64,000 nt of DNA. Source: a virus. Positions 27,416 to 36,373 of this stretch are shown here, piece after piece (within the stretch, counting starts at the first letter, position 1; each line of letters starts with the position of its first letter). Made by a program: the position numbers and the translations under genes. The notes below the pieces were generated by a model, which saw only the letters and a program-made list of their open reading frames with translations, did not search any database and was not told the DNA's origin. The DNA is taken from positions 32,001 to 96,000 of IMG/VR virus record IMGVR_UViG_3300042503_000838. One strand, 5' to 3'.

Positions 27416-29050
27416 TCAAATTGCGGGCATCTGCCCCAAAGATGGAATGTAGATTGAACCGTTTTTGTCAAACATTTTAAAGCCTTCCATCAGCACAAAA
27501 GTAGACGGAACATTAAACAATTTCTGCATCATTGGCATCATCATGGGTGCTTGGCAGTTATATGGTGGAACATCCATCAGTGACAAAGCATTTCTCGCTA
27601 GTTCTACACTAACTTTTTCTTGGTTTTTTTTATTCTTGTCAACCAACTCTTGCTCCCATTCAACAATGCCTCCGTTCCCAAAAGGAACATCAGAAGGCTC
27701 TGGAGGAAACACGCCCTCTTTAAAGCGCATTGCATATATATGTTTGCAATAACGAAACTCGTCCAAAACAGGTGTCCATGTATCTGTGAGCGATGTCAGC
27801 TCATTGCCTACTGTAGAGTAATCAGCATATGTAACAGGGCCATCAGAGACCGCCCCAGGGAGGGCTGGATCATTTCCACGTAAGTAAACAGAACCAAAAT
27901 CTGTAAAAACACCAGGACTATCTCTTGTTGTACCCAACACTGTTTTTGAATTTGGAGTCACAGTAGGGGGGATGTTGTATTCAGCAGACGGTGAAACAAT
28001 CTCCATCATTCTGTTAACATTTCCTGGCGTCATTGCATTGTTATTGACTAGACCGTCGAGCATTATGATTTCTTTGCGGCCTGGCTTGACTGTGCCGATA
28101 CTATTTCTTGGGAAACAACGTTGATTTGAATTTTTTAAATTCATCATAAACGCATAGCTTCTACGCGTGAAATCTTGACATGAACAGCAATATCTAGTAC
28201 CTGTCATGAAGAACCTACCGATAGCAGGTGGCCTGGTTGCTGGCGTCACAAGTGTGCGATCAGGTGTTGCCTCTACAGAACCACGCTTGCGTAAAGTCAG
28301 GATCCCGTTGAACGGATCAGTTGCAACAAGAACTGCTTGAACGTATCCATAGCGTGTTTGTGTTACTGGATTAATAGTATCTCGCGTAACAGGTATACCG
28401 TTTTGCTCAACAATGCGATCTTCTAAAATTTCGCCATTGATTGCTTTTAAGCCGCCAGGCACCCCTGGAATAGGAACATATAGAGGAGGAGGAAGTGGGT
28501 TTGCCGTGCTCCAGTCTCCTTCTAGCTGGACATACCAATACTCGTCATCTTCTGTTACAGACTTGATAGACGCAACTTTATTTGTAATGAAGAAGTAAGG
28601 ATCAAACCACTGACCAATGTTTTCATAGTTATTGAACTGCATCCCGCTCCAATAGAACGGGTTACTGACTCTTGTGTTTCTTATGTTGTCAAATCTAAGG
28701 CTTCCGGCAACGCGAATACCGGCCCAATGCATTCCAAATTCTTTGTTTACAGTTGGGAAACCTTTAAAAATACCTGGAAGGATAGGAGAGTTTCCTCCTG
28801 TTTGTTGTACGCCTTGTGGCAGTGGAACCTGATAAAGAAAAGGGTATTCGTATGATGTATCCGTTACCGAAGCAGTGGCAAGCTCATATCCACGGCGCCA
28901 ACGCACCCATGAAGATTCCCTGTCCATTGTAGTAATGGAATCAGGGATGCCACCCTCAGAAAACTCAGTAGTAATCGGTTTAATTCTAAAAGGATCTTTA
29001 TCAGCACTAGCCGAAAAAGATCCAAAGTTATCACCTGCTCTGGGAGACAT
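27416..29050 (-). CDS. Hypothetical protein with split SWIM-like Zn motif (CSCQDF...CKH)
   Basis: RYCCSCQDFTRR and FRYCKHIYA are separated by roughly 140 aa. Confidence 0.65.
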   Translation of the reverse strand: MSPRAGDNFGSFSASADKDPFRIKPITTEFSEGGIPDSITTMDRESSWVRWRRGYELATASVTDTSYEYPFLYQVPLPQGVQQTGGNSPILPGIFKGFPTVNKEFGMHWAGIRVAGSLRFDNIRNTRVSNPFYWSGMQFNNYENIGQWFDPYFFITNKVASIKSVTEDDEYWYVQLEGDWSTANPLPPPLYVPIPGVPGGLKAINGEILEDRIVEQNGIPVTRDTINPVTQTRYGYVQAVLVATDPFNGILTLRKRGSVEATPDRTLVTPATRPPAIGRFFMTGTRYCCSCQDFTRRSYAFMMNLKNSNQRCFPRNSIGTVKPGRKEIIMLDGLVNNNAMTPGNVNRMMEIVSPSAEYNIPPTVTPNSKTVLGTTRDSPGVFTDFGSVYLRGNDPALPGAVSDGPVTYADYSTVGNELTSLTDTWTPVLDEFRYCKHIYAMRFKEGVFPPEPSDVPFGNGGIVEWEQELVDKNKKNQEKVSVELARNALSLMDVPPYNCQAPMMMPMMQKLFNVPSTFVLMEGFKMFDKNGSIYIPSLGQMPAI

Positions 29051-29053
29051 GCG

Positions 29054-29839
29054 CTAGAAGAAGCCACCCTGTGCAATAACATGCACACCGGGAATATAGC
29101 CAGAGCTATTGGGGCCATCCGGGAATACACCAACGTACAGACGGTCGCCCCGCTCCAGGTAGATGCCCTTGTTGCGCAGAGGAGCTGTAGTGCCTAAGCC
29201 ATTGGTGTTACCAGCGCTTACATTCGGTACTGCAAGCTGAGGCATCACATCAGAACAATCAATCGTGCCGCTGCCTGCCGGAAGAGTCTTTGCAAAAATA
29301 ATCCTGTAATCACCAGAGCCCGGGATTGGAGTCGTGGTTCCACGCGTCTGGTAAAACACAAAGGTTGCAGCTTGCTGATAACCGTAAGCAACACCGTTGT
29401 AAGCGAAGCCCGATGCAGTGCCACCGGAATAGTTAAGTGCAGTGTTGATTCCAGTGAGAGTGGCTGCTCCTGTGTAGGTGTAATACCCATAGCCACTGAA
29501 GGGTGCGCCACCACCGGTCAAGGAGCCAGTTGCTGTAATTAAAACAAGCTGTCCACTGACAAGTGAGATGGGAGTGCCAGAGGTAGTTGCGTTTACTGTG
29601 TAATCAGGAGAACGGTAGAAATCGTTACGTGTAATGGTGATTGAATCAACGACACCGCCACTGTTATTATCTTCGCTTAATTCGGCGTCCATGTCTACGA
29701 GGATAGACGGTGCCTGACCACCTTGCACAAACAAAGTATTGGTTGCAGCACTACCTACCGTTTGAGTCGTGACTCGCACGGTATCAAATAAAGGGCGATC
29801 AACAAGCAAGGGCTGCTTGTTCGTGGAAGTCGAGCTCAA
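29054..29839 (-). CDS. Putative virion structural protein
   Basis: ORF track; Thr/Gly-rich beta composition in the structural cluster. Confidence 0.65.
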   Translation of the reverse strand: MSSTSTNKQPLLVDRPLFDTVRVTTQTVGSAATNTLFVQGGQAPSILVDMDAELSEDNNSGGVVDSITITRNDFYRSPDYTVNATTSGTPISLVSGQLVLITATGSLTGGGAPFSGYGYYTYTGAATLTGINTALNYSGGTASGFAYNGVAYGYQQAATFVFYQTRGTTTPIPGSGDYRIIFAKTLPAGSGTIDCSDVMPQLAVPNVSAGNTNGLGTTAPLRNKGIYLERGDRLYVGVFPDGPNSSGYIPGVHVIAQGGFF

Positions 29840-29910
29840 TTACCTACTCCTTCAGCCTTGAAAATCCTTGTTAACAGAATTCTAGCTCAAGCAACTTTTA
29901 AGTGCTACAG

Positions 29911-30237
29911 TCAAGAACTTGCCGATGCAGCCAAGTTGTAAGCCTGGTTGAAACCTGTCGGCAAGCGCATTTTGCTTTCAACTAAAGATGTGGGATTATT
30001 TTGCAACGCAAGGAAACGCTGGAACATGCTCCCAGGATCTTTCTGTTCCGACTTGAATTTACTCAAGCGATCAAAGCCAACACTTGTGTATGTTGGCTGA
30101 TCCTTGCCGCTCAGGTCACCGAAAGAATAGGGGAGATCGCCAAAGGATGTGTAGCGTTCTCCCTTAAGCAGCTCAGATACTTCCCCAGGGGTGTAATCTG
30201 AACCTAGATAAGTTTGTCGGTTTTTGAGACTTGTCAT
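29911..30237 (-). CDS. Hypothetical protein
   Basis: ORF track; coupled to the lysozyme gene. Confidence 0.55.
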   Translation of the reverse strand: MTSLKNRQTYLGSDYTPGEVSELLKGERYTSFGDLPYSFGDLSGKDQPTYTSVGFDRLSKFKSEQKDPGSMFQRFLALQNNPTSLVESKMRLPTGFNQAYNLAASASS

Positions 30238-30932
30238 TATTCAAACATCCTCATGGCATCAAGTGGAGTCAAATTATATGGATTTGACGCCTTTAGGAGA
30301 TCTTCCGGAGACATCGTTGCATTCGTGACGCCTGCACTGAGACTGTTCTTGAGAACATACCCAAGCAACGCATCGGCAAGTGAATTGCCTTTCTCTACTG
30401 CTTTTGCAGTTTCCGGTGATGGAGTTGAAGCAGGTGCGGTTGGTTGTACATCCTGACCATAAACTTTCTGTAGTTCAGAAAGCTTTTTGACAGGCTGCCC
30501 GTAATAGCTTCTACCCGTTTCCGTTGGAAGAGATGCCCACTCTGGAGCCAGGGCTGCTGATACACGAGGACTAAACCCTTCTTTTTCAAGGGTAGCCAAG
30601 CCACCAATTGGCATCAGGCGATTACGCATCGCACGTGTTGCCGCGATGTCTTGGTTAGCAGCACTGAAGTCTTGAAGCCCTAAAGCACTGGCATGTGACT
30701 GCCAGCTTGGTGTCAAGAACTGATAAGCACCAGCAGCAGAGCTTGCGTACCCACCGGTGTTAATTACCCTGTCGGGATGACGCTTTAGGTCTGGTGCCAA
30801 GCCACCGCCAAACATGACCCGATAAGAATCGGGACCACCCCTTTCGGTGCCTTCTGCAAAGCGAAGAACTCGCAGTGCATTCTGCACGCTTGGACTTTTG
30901 ACTTTTTGTTCCAGTAGCTGGCGTTCGTTCAT
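30237..30932 (-). CDS. Lambda R-type lysozyme / lytic transglycosylase domain protein
   Basis: LRVLRFAEGT...Y.VMFGG...HP...SSAAGAYQFL..SW...GL.DFS..NQD.AA...EWASLP...YYGQ. Confidence 0.88.
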   Translation of the reverse strand: MNERQLLEQKVKSPSVQNALRVLRFAEGTERGGPDSYRVMFGGGLAPDLKRHPDRVINTGGYASSAAGAYQFLTPSWQSHASALGLQDFSAANQDIAATRAMRNRLMPIGGLATLEKEGFSPRVSAALAPEWASLPTETGRSYYGQPVKKLSELQKVYGQDVQPTAPASTPSPETAKAVEKGNSLADALLGYVLKNSLSAGVTNATMSPEDLLKASNPYNLTPLDAMRMFE

Positions 30933-30942
30933 AATGATGCTC

Positions 30943-31059
30943 TTATTCTCCTACCCAGTTTGAACTTGCTTTGAGACCAGGAATGAATACGGTTTGCAGC
31001 GAAAGGGCCGTAGCCAAATAGGTCAAAGTACGTTTAACAAACTTAGGGCAGAGAATCAT
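30943..31059 (-). CDS. 38-aa signal-peptide-like ORF upstream of the lysozyme (MILCPKFVKRTLTYLATALSLQTVFIPGLKASSNWVGE)
   Basis: Manual translation; basic n-region, hydrophobic h-region, LKA-S. Confidence 0.55.
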   Translation of the reverse strand: MILCPKFVKRTLTYLATALSLQTVFIPGLKASSNWVGE

Positions 31060-31144
31060 GGTTTTAAAGCAACAACACTGGCCCCCGTAGATCAAAGATC
31101 TATGTCCAGTTGGCTGGGCTTACATGCCTTGCAATGCCAGAGAA

Positions 31145-31969
31145 TTACTTTTGAGTAGAAAAGATCGAGTCTTTAAACATTTCAAGAAGCTTTTGGGCTT
31201 CTGCACCCTTGGGATCAAACTTCGGAAGCTCAGACCCTACAGGCTGTAGGCCCGTTGCACCAGCATAAGAAGCACTTGGCATATCAGTGGGCATGCCGAG
31301 GGGAGCACTCTGTAAAGTTTGGCCTTGATTAAACCCTGCATAAGGTGCTGCAGAAGCACCTGCAAAAGAATTTGCAGGTAAAGGTGAGAGACCTAAACCT
31401 TGGGCAACCTTTGCAACACCATACGATTCTGGGGAAACGGGAGGTGTCGTACCAAGGGGGGAGCTGTTATCAAATGGGAAGTTCATGGGAGAGCCCATTT
31501 GACCCACCCCAAGAGTGCGTTGGATTGCATCGTAACCGGCTTGGCCAGGCTTAACTTTTGCTGCAAGTTTGGGATTGGCTTTTGCCCACATCTGCATCCC
31601 CATATCTTCTGCAGATTGCTCAGCGGCAGAACCAGGGCCAGCAGCAACTGCTTCTTTGCGAGCCTTTTCGTAACGCTGAAGTTCTGGGTCTTGTGCGGTC
31701 AGCTGGGCAACGCGAGATGCTTCTTGCTGATACGCACGCTCTGCAGCAGGATTAATGCCTGCACTAGGAATTGGCTTCTGGGCACTGCCGGGAACGTAGC
31801 GACCATACATGCCAGTTTTCTGCGCTTGCTGAGAAGGCTCCGTATAAGGAAGGCGCCCTTTTAACAGCTGACCACCTGCGTAACGCATTTCATTCCCCAA
31901 GCCTGCAAGCAATGGGTTTGTCAAAGGTGCAGGAAAAAACCGATTAAGTAGATCAGACATTAACGCCAA
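31145..31969 (-). CDS. Hypothetical low-complexity protein (possible virion component)
   Basis: ORF track; Pro/Gly/Ala-rich. Confidence 0.65.
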   Translation of the reverse strand: MALMSDLLNRFFPAPLTNPLLAGLGNEMRYAGGQLLKGRLPYTEPSQQAQKTGMYGRYVPGSAQKPIPSAGINPAAERAYQQEASRVAQLTAQDPELQRYEKARKEAVAAGPGSAAEQSAEDMGMQMWAKANPKLAAKVKPGQAGYDAIQRTLGVGQMGSPMNFPFDNSSPLGTTPPVSPESYGVAKVAQGLGLSPLPANSFAGASAAPYAGFNQGQTLQSAPLGMPTDMPSASYAGATGLQPVGSELPKFDPKGAEAQKLLEMFKDSIFSTQK

Positions 31970-32421
31970 ACCTCATGTAAATAAATACGGGTGCCTACGG
32001 AAACATCGGCAGGTCCAGGTAAAGCCTGGATAAATTCTGCGCCAGAGCGTTCGTAGCGATAACGAGCCTGGAACGGATCTTTATAGTTGGGCACATAAAG
32101 AATCTGCGCCAACCTATTGGTTTCGTAGAGATAGATCTCATCCCAAACCTTTAACGCTTCTTTGGCATTGCTGGAGCGAATCGTACGATCCACGTCACCC
32201 GCAATACTTTCGAGACGTGTAGAGGGCGAAGTTGCTACTTCTGTTTTCTTTTCAGCTGTGTCGCAACGACCAAGTTGAATAGAAATTTTATCGTAGAAGT
32301 AAGAGTCCGGAATGGTGTTCATCGCCTCTTCCAGACGAGCGTAGTCACCCGCCGGAACAGATACGGTGAAATACCCCAAATGGTACCTGACTTTGCTTTT
32401 ATCGAAATCCGATAATTGCAC
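31960..32421 (-). CDS. Putative head-completion / adaptor protein (likely GTG start at 32421)
   Basis: QLSDFDKSKVRYHLGY N-terminus; TATAAT at 32444-32449 lies inside the ORF-track extension; position downstream of the capsid gene. Confidence 0.55.
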   Translation of the reverse strand: MQLSDFDKSKVRYHLGYFTVSVPAGDYARLEEAMNTIPDSYFYDKISIQLGRCDTAEKKTEVATSPSTRLESIAGDVDRTIRSSNAKEALKVWDEIYLYETNRLAQILYVPNYKDPFQARYRYERSGAEFIQALPGPADVSVGTRIYLHEVWR

Positions 32422-32460
32422 TTCTACTTCCCTTTGTTCTTCAATTATAAATGCATACAA

Positions 32461-33159
32461 TCACGCAAACTGATCTAAGATGCTTGCATCAATTGTGTAA
32501 CCTTCATATGGATCAAACGTGCTTGCTTTGCGTTTGGTGGCGCCAGTGAGGAGGTCACCTAGTGTCTGTCCTAGTAATTGCTCAGCAAGATTCTGTTTCT
32601 TTTCTTCAGGTTTCTGCTCCACTGAAAATAAAGATTTAAGCATCTCAAGCGCCGCATCACTGGAGGGTGTGCTTGCCGTTGGCTTGGGTGCGGTAGAACG
32701 TGCACCTGCAGCTTGTTGTCCCAGGTCTTTTAAATGACCAACACCAATCTCGTACCGTTGATCAGGCGTAATAAAAGTACCGAGATTGCCGTAGCCCCCT
32801 TGGTTCTGCTTGGGTGCATACGTTCCGCCATCAGAGACGTACTTAAGCTGTGTCCCCTCAGGTCCAGCAAGATCCCAACCTTGGTGAAAAGTAGATGCCC
32901 CTGCCGTTGGCTGAGCCCTTGGTCCATACTTGGAGGTGAGCGTCAAACCAGCAGCGGGATTTAAATCTAATTGTCCTTGTTGATTTGCAGTGATTAAAGG
33001 GATTTCTTTTTCGCCTACACGAAATCCTGTCAAGCGACTCTTGATGGTGCCAGGGTCAATGTACTTGTTAGATGCCAAGTCTTTGACATAGAAGTGCCCA
33101 TGGGGACCAGTCGAGGTCCCAGTGGAACCAATTGTTCCAAAGTAATATTTTTGGCCCAT
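32461..33159 (-). CDS. M23-family peptidase domain protein (circularly permuted motifs)
   Basis: GSTGTSTGPHGHF at the N-terminus, FHQGWDLAG (HxxxD), GGYGNLG...GHL. Confidence 0.78.
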   Translation of the reverse strand: MGQKYYFGTIGSTGTSTGPHGHFYVKDLASNKYIDPGTIKSRLTGFRVGEKEIPLITANQQGQLDLNPAAGLTLTSKYGPRAQPTAGASTFHQGWDLAGPEGTQLKYVSDGGTYAPKQNQGGYGNLGTFITPDQRYEIGVGHLKDLGQQAAGARSTAPKPTASTPSSDAALEMLKSLFSVEQKPEEKKQNLAEQLLGQTLGDLLTGATKRKASTFDPYEGYTIDASILDQFA

Positions 33160-33185
33160 ATCAACTAAGCATTGTATTCATTTTA

Positions 33186-33212
33186 AAATAAAAACCCCTG
33201 GTTTCCCAGGGG
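33186..33212 (-). terminator. Intrinsic terminator
   Basis: Minus strand CCCCTGG-GAAA-CCAGGGG followed by a T-run. Confidence 0.75.
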
Positions 33213-33225
33213 CCTACTTTGTTTA

Positions 33226-33636
33226 TCAAACTCGAATCAGATCAGCCGCAAGAACTGCTCCCCAGTCCACTCTTTTAATCTGTTTGAGTTGCTCCAAGTT
33301 ATTGAATCGCTCACCCGATAAAGACATCTGTAGATCCTTGATTTCTCGGGCAGTTTTAAGACCGATACCCTTGATATGATCAGCGATCATTTGGGCGGTA
33401 GCGGAATTAATATTCAAACGATTATCAGGAGGAAAAGCACGGGGCTCTTCTTTTGCGGCTTTATCTTTTACCTGAAGAGTTTGTACCGTTTTAGTGGCTG
33501 TCTCATCAGGCAGCAACTCGCTTTTGTAGGCGGTGTAAAGGCGTCCGTCCTGGTCTTCAACCATGAACCAATCACCATTATCGAACTCACTTACAACTTT
33601 GACGCGAGCGCCTGTTTTTCTGTGCTGATACAACAT
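33226..33636 (-). CDS. Helix-hairpin-helix (ComEA-like) DNA-binding protein with N-terminal beta domain
   Basis: RLNINSATAQMIA..IKGIGLKTA.EI...F..LEQLKQIKRV. Confidence 0.78.
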   Translation of the reverse strand: MLYQHRKTGARVKVVSEFDNGDWFMVEDQDGRLYTAYKSELLPDETATKTVQTLQVKDKAAKEEPRAFPPDNRLNINSATAQMIADHIKGIGLKTAREIKDLQMSLSGERFNNLEQLKQIKRVDWGAVLAADLIRV

Positions 33637-33676
33637 AAGGACCAGGGAGTTAATCTCTGGTCCTAGTTTACCCTAA

Positions 33677-34480
33677 TCAGCTGACAGTGCGACCGGTCAG
33701 GTAGCCGTCGATGTCTTCGTAACCAGGGGCTTCATCGGGCTGGATGTAGCACACTTCCACAACCAGGTAACCGGTGCGGCCTGCGCTTGCATCACCACTG
33801 GAGATGTAGAAGCCACCGGAAGTGGTGGTGCTGTTGGCGGTTTCCTTAGCAAACACCCGAAGGGTGGTAGCAGCAGTAGCAGCGTAGTTAACAGTACCAG
33901 GAGCAACGCCAGTGGCGCCGGTGATGGTCAGGAAGGGGTTGGTGCCATAACCAGCGGTGCCACCAGCGAAGTAGATTTCGCCAGCCTGGGTGCCGGAAAC
34001 GGTGGAGGTCAGGTTGGCCTGAATAACACCTTCGCCCACGCCAGAAGCGGCGGTGGGGTTGTTGGAGCTCACGCGACCGAACGAGATCACGTTACCGGTA
34101 GCGGCATACACACCAGAGGCCACGCGGCCATCACCCCAGCCAGAGGCCACGGAGATAGCAGTACGGTACACGTAAGCAGGCAGGGTGCTGTTACCAGAGA
34201 TCACCATGCCGGTGATGTCGGTACGGGTGTCGTCATTCCGGTAGGGGGAAGGAACGATCACGCTTGCCGAAGCAACAGGACCAGAGCCAGAGGTAGCAGT
34301 AACTGCTACATAACCACGTTGCTGGAAGTAGCGGTAGCCAGGGAGAGCCAGCACCGAAGTGGGGCCACCATTCGAGCCATCAACGCTGCCAGAATAATCG
34401 GCGTCAATGTTCTTATACCAGCCGTTCAGGGGCTCAGCCCAGTTGCCGGGATAGATTTTCTTAGCGGACAAATAGGTCAT
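33677..34480 (-). CDS. Putative capsid decoration / minor structural protein
   Basis: Directly after the capsid gene; strong C/T-ending codon bias as in highly expressed genes. Confidence 0.6.
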   Translation of the reverse strand: MTYLSAKKIYPGNWAEPLNGWYKNIDADYSGSVDGSNGGPTSVLALPGYRYFQQRGYVAVTATSGSGPVASASVIVPSPYRNDDTRTDITGMVISGNSTLPAYVYRTAISVASGWGDGRVASGVYAATGNVISFGRVSSNNPTAASGVGEGVIQANLTSTVSGTQAGEIYFAGGTAGYGTNPFLTITGATGVAPGTVNYAATAATTLRVFAKETANSTTTSGGFYISSGDASAGRTGYLVVEVCYIQPDEAPGYEDIDGYLTGRTVS

Positions 34481-34514
34481 TTATTTTTCCTGTAGTTTAG
34501 TTATTGTTTATTGA

Positions 34515-35681
34515 TCAGATGGTGCCGTCATCTTGCACATAGCTGAACGCGGTGGTCACAAAGTCCTTGTTCAGGATTTCGAAACCGGCGTACAGTTGCC
34601 AAATTAAGATAATAAAACGGCTGAAGTCATCGTTGTTGTTGATGAGCACCTGAGCGTTCGGGCCACCGATACCCACGCCAATGGCTTGAGGACCGAAGAA
34701 ATAACCCTGGGCCACTTCCTTGGAAGCGTAGGTACCACCGGTGCCGTTGAAAGAAGTGTTGATGCTCTTGGTCGGGAAGTTGGTCGACTCGAAGAACTTG
34801 ACACCTTCAAACTGCACGCCGGTAGGCATGACAGGTTCACCGGCCAGGAAGTAAGCTTGACCAGCCTGGGGACCTTGGAAGAAGCTGGCGTTGTTAGGCA
34901 TCATGGGGTTGCCCATGTACATGCCTTGGCCAGGATTACCAGCGTAACGAGCGATCTCACGGAAGTCGGGATCACGACGCAGGTGCATCATGAAGGTAGG
35001 ATCGCAGATGCAGCGATACAGACCATCAGCGTAAGTAGGAACGTTGCGCTTGCGCAGGTCCTTAACAACGGTCAGCAGGTCGGTACGCACCTGGAACTGT
35101 TGAACTTCGTTGTCGTACTCGGTAGAGGTGTAGGCAATACGGCCAGAAGCGTCCTTGACCTTGCCACCGGGGAAGTAGTAACCACCTTGGGTAGTGCCAG
35201 CAGCACCGTTAGCTTCAGCTTTGGCGAGTTCATCAATGAACACGCGGTCGCGCCAACGACGGTAGTCATCCAGCAGCGTCAGGCTACCGATGGACTGGTG
35301 GAACATGTTGAGGTTGCCAGTGTCCAGCAGCAGGCGCTGAGCAGTGACCAGGGTCTCACGGGCAATCTTGAAGGTCGAAGGCTGGGTAGGATCACCCGGG
35401 TCTGCAGGACCGGTGTATTCCTTAAGCACCACCAGGACTTTCTCCTTGGTGATGTTACGGCTGTTAGCGGTACCGATGGTTTGGTCGGCAATACGCTCAC
35501 GGCTGTCCTTAGTACCAGGGGTACCCCAGAACTTATAGCGGTCTAACTGAACGGTTTGACCGGGTTGGCGGGTGAAGTCGTGGACAACCACAGGCTCCAC
35601 TGCCATCTCGGCAATGTAGGCAGGGTGGGGACGGTAAAGTTCCGCACCAAGGATCTTTGGAAAGTCGGTATCAAGAAACAC
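34515..35681 (-). CDS. Major capsid protein
   Basis: 388 aa, downstream of portal and scaffold, strongest codon bias; HK97-like C-terminal pattern (FFGPQAIGVG...DFSR...IWQLYAGFEIL). Confidence 0.85.
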   Translation of the reverse strand: MFLDTDFPKILGAELYRPHPAYIAEMAVEPVVVHDFTRQPGQTVQLDRYKFWGTPGTKDSRERIADQTIGTANSRNITKEKVLVVLKEYTGPADPGDPTQPSTFKIARETLVTAQRLLLDTGNLNMFHQSIGSLTLLDDYRRWRDRVFIDELAKAEANGAAGTTQGGYYFPGGKVKDASGRIAYTSTEYDNEVQQFQVRTDLLTVVKDLRKRNVPTYADGLYRCICDPTFMMHLRRDPDFREIARYAGNPGQGMYMGNPMMPNNASFFQGPQAGQAYFLAGEPVMPTGVQFEGVKFFESTNFPTKSINTSFNGTGGTYASKEVAQGYFFGPQAIGVGIGGPNAQVLINNNDDFSRFIILIWQLYAGFEILNKDFVTTAFSYVQDDGTI

Positions 35682-35787
35682 TTTGTTTTATCCTCCAATA
35701 TCGCAGGAAGTGTTTTATCGGGTAAAAGATTCAGACATCAGTGTGTCTTATCTAACACAAATTTTAGCAGTTGGTAATTTAAAAAAA

Positions 35788-36369
35788 TTACATGTACTGC
35801 ATTGTAGGCGTTTTGTAACGCGCACCAGCGGAATTGCTGGAACCATAGGACTCAGGATCAACTGGCCCGCTTTGCTGGAAACCGGGTACACCCATAGATG
35901 CAGGGATGGCACCAAGTGCAACACCACCTAAACCAGCAATGGCCCCACCAGCAGGAACTAGACCGGCAGCAAGGCCACCACTAATATTCCGTTGTACGTT
36001 CTGGGTGGGGAAAGGAAGTGCAGCTGACATCCCAGCGACAGGATTACCAAAAAGACGCGTGTCTACTGCATCTACGACATCAGCAGCAACATTAGCTGCT
36101 CCACGACGCAATCCTTTTTCCGGAAGATCACGTGCAACATCGCCAAGTTTATTGCCTAGTTTAGTTGTTTGCTTTTGTGCTGCAGCAACCAAAGCTGGAT
36201 TGTATTTACCAGCGAGGGCACGTGCTCCGAGTAAACCAGCCGCCCCACCCAATGCGCCGGCACCAGCAGCAAGAGCAGTAGTGCCGGGATCTTCGCCTTG
36301 AGAAAGGGCGTACCCACCCGTGGCTAAGCCAGCTGCAGCAGGTACACCTAATTTAAGGAGTGGACGCAT
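35788..36369 (-). CDS. Gly/Ala-rich hypothetical protein
   Basis: ORF track. Confidence 0.65.
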   Translation of the reverse strand: MRPLLKLGVPAAAGLATGGYALSQGEDPGTTALAAGAGALGGAAGLLGARALAGKYNPALVAAAQKQTTKLGNKLGDVARDLPEKGLRRGAANVAADVVDAVDTRLFGNPVAGMSAALPFPTQNVQRNISGGLAAGLVPAGGAIAGLGGVALGAIPASMGVPGFQQSGPVDPESYGSSNSAGARYKTPTMQYM

Positions 36370-36373
36370 CGCC

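Noticed and set aside
33226-33636. PsbU-like photosystem II auxiliary gene
   Set aside because: Shares the HhH fold, but the GIG.KTA hairpin and lack of a signal peptide fit ComEA-like DNA binders better.
34686-35546. 286-aa plus-strand ORF opposite the capsid gene
   Set aside because: Typical antisense ORF produced by strong RNY codon bias of a highly expressed gene. The same applies to other opposite-strand ORFs in TerL, the fibres and the scaffold.
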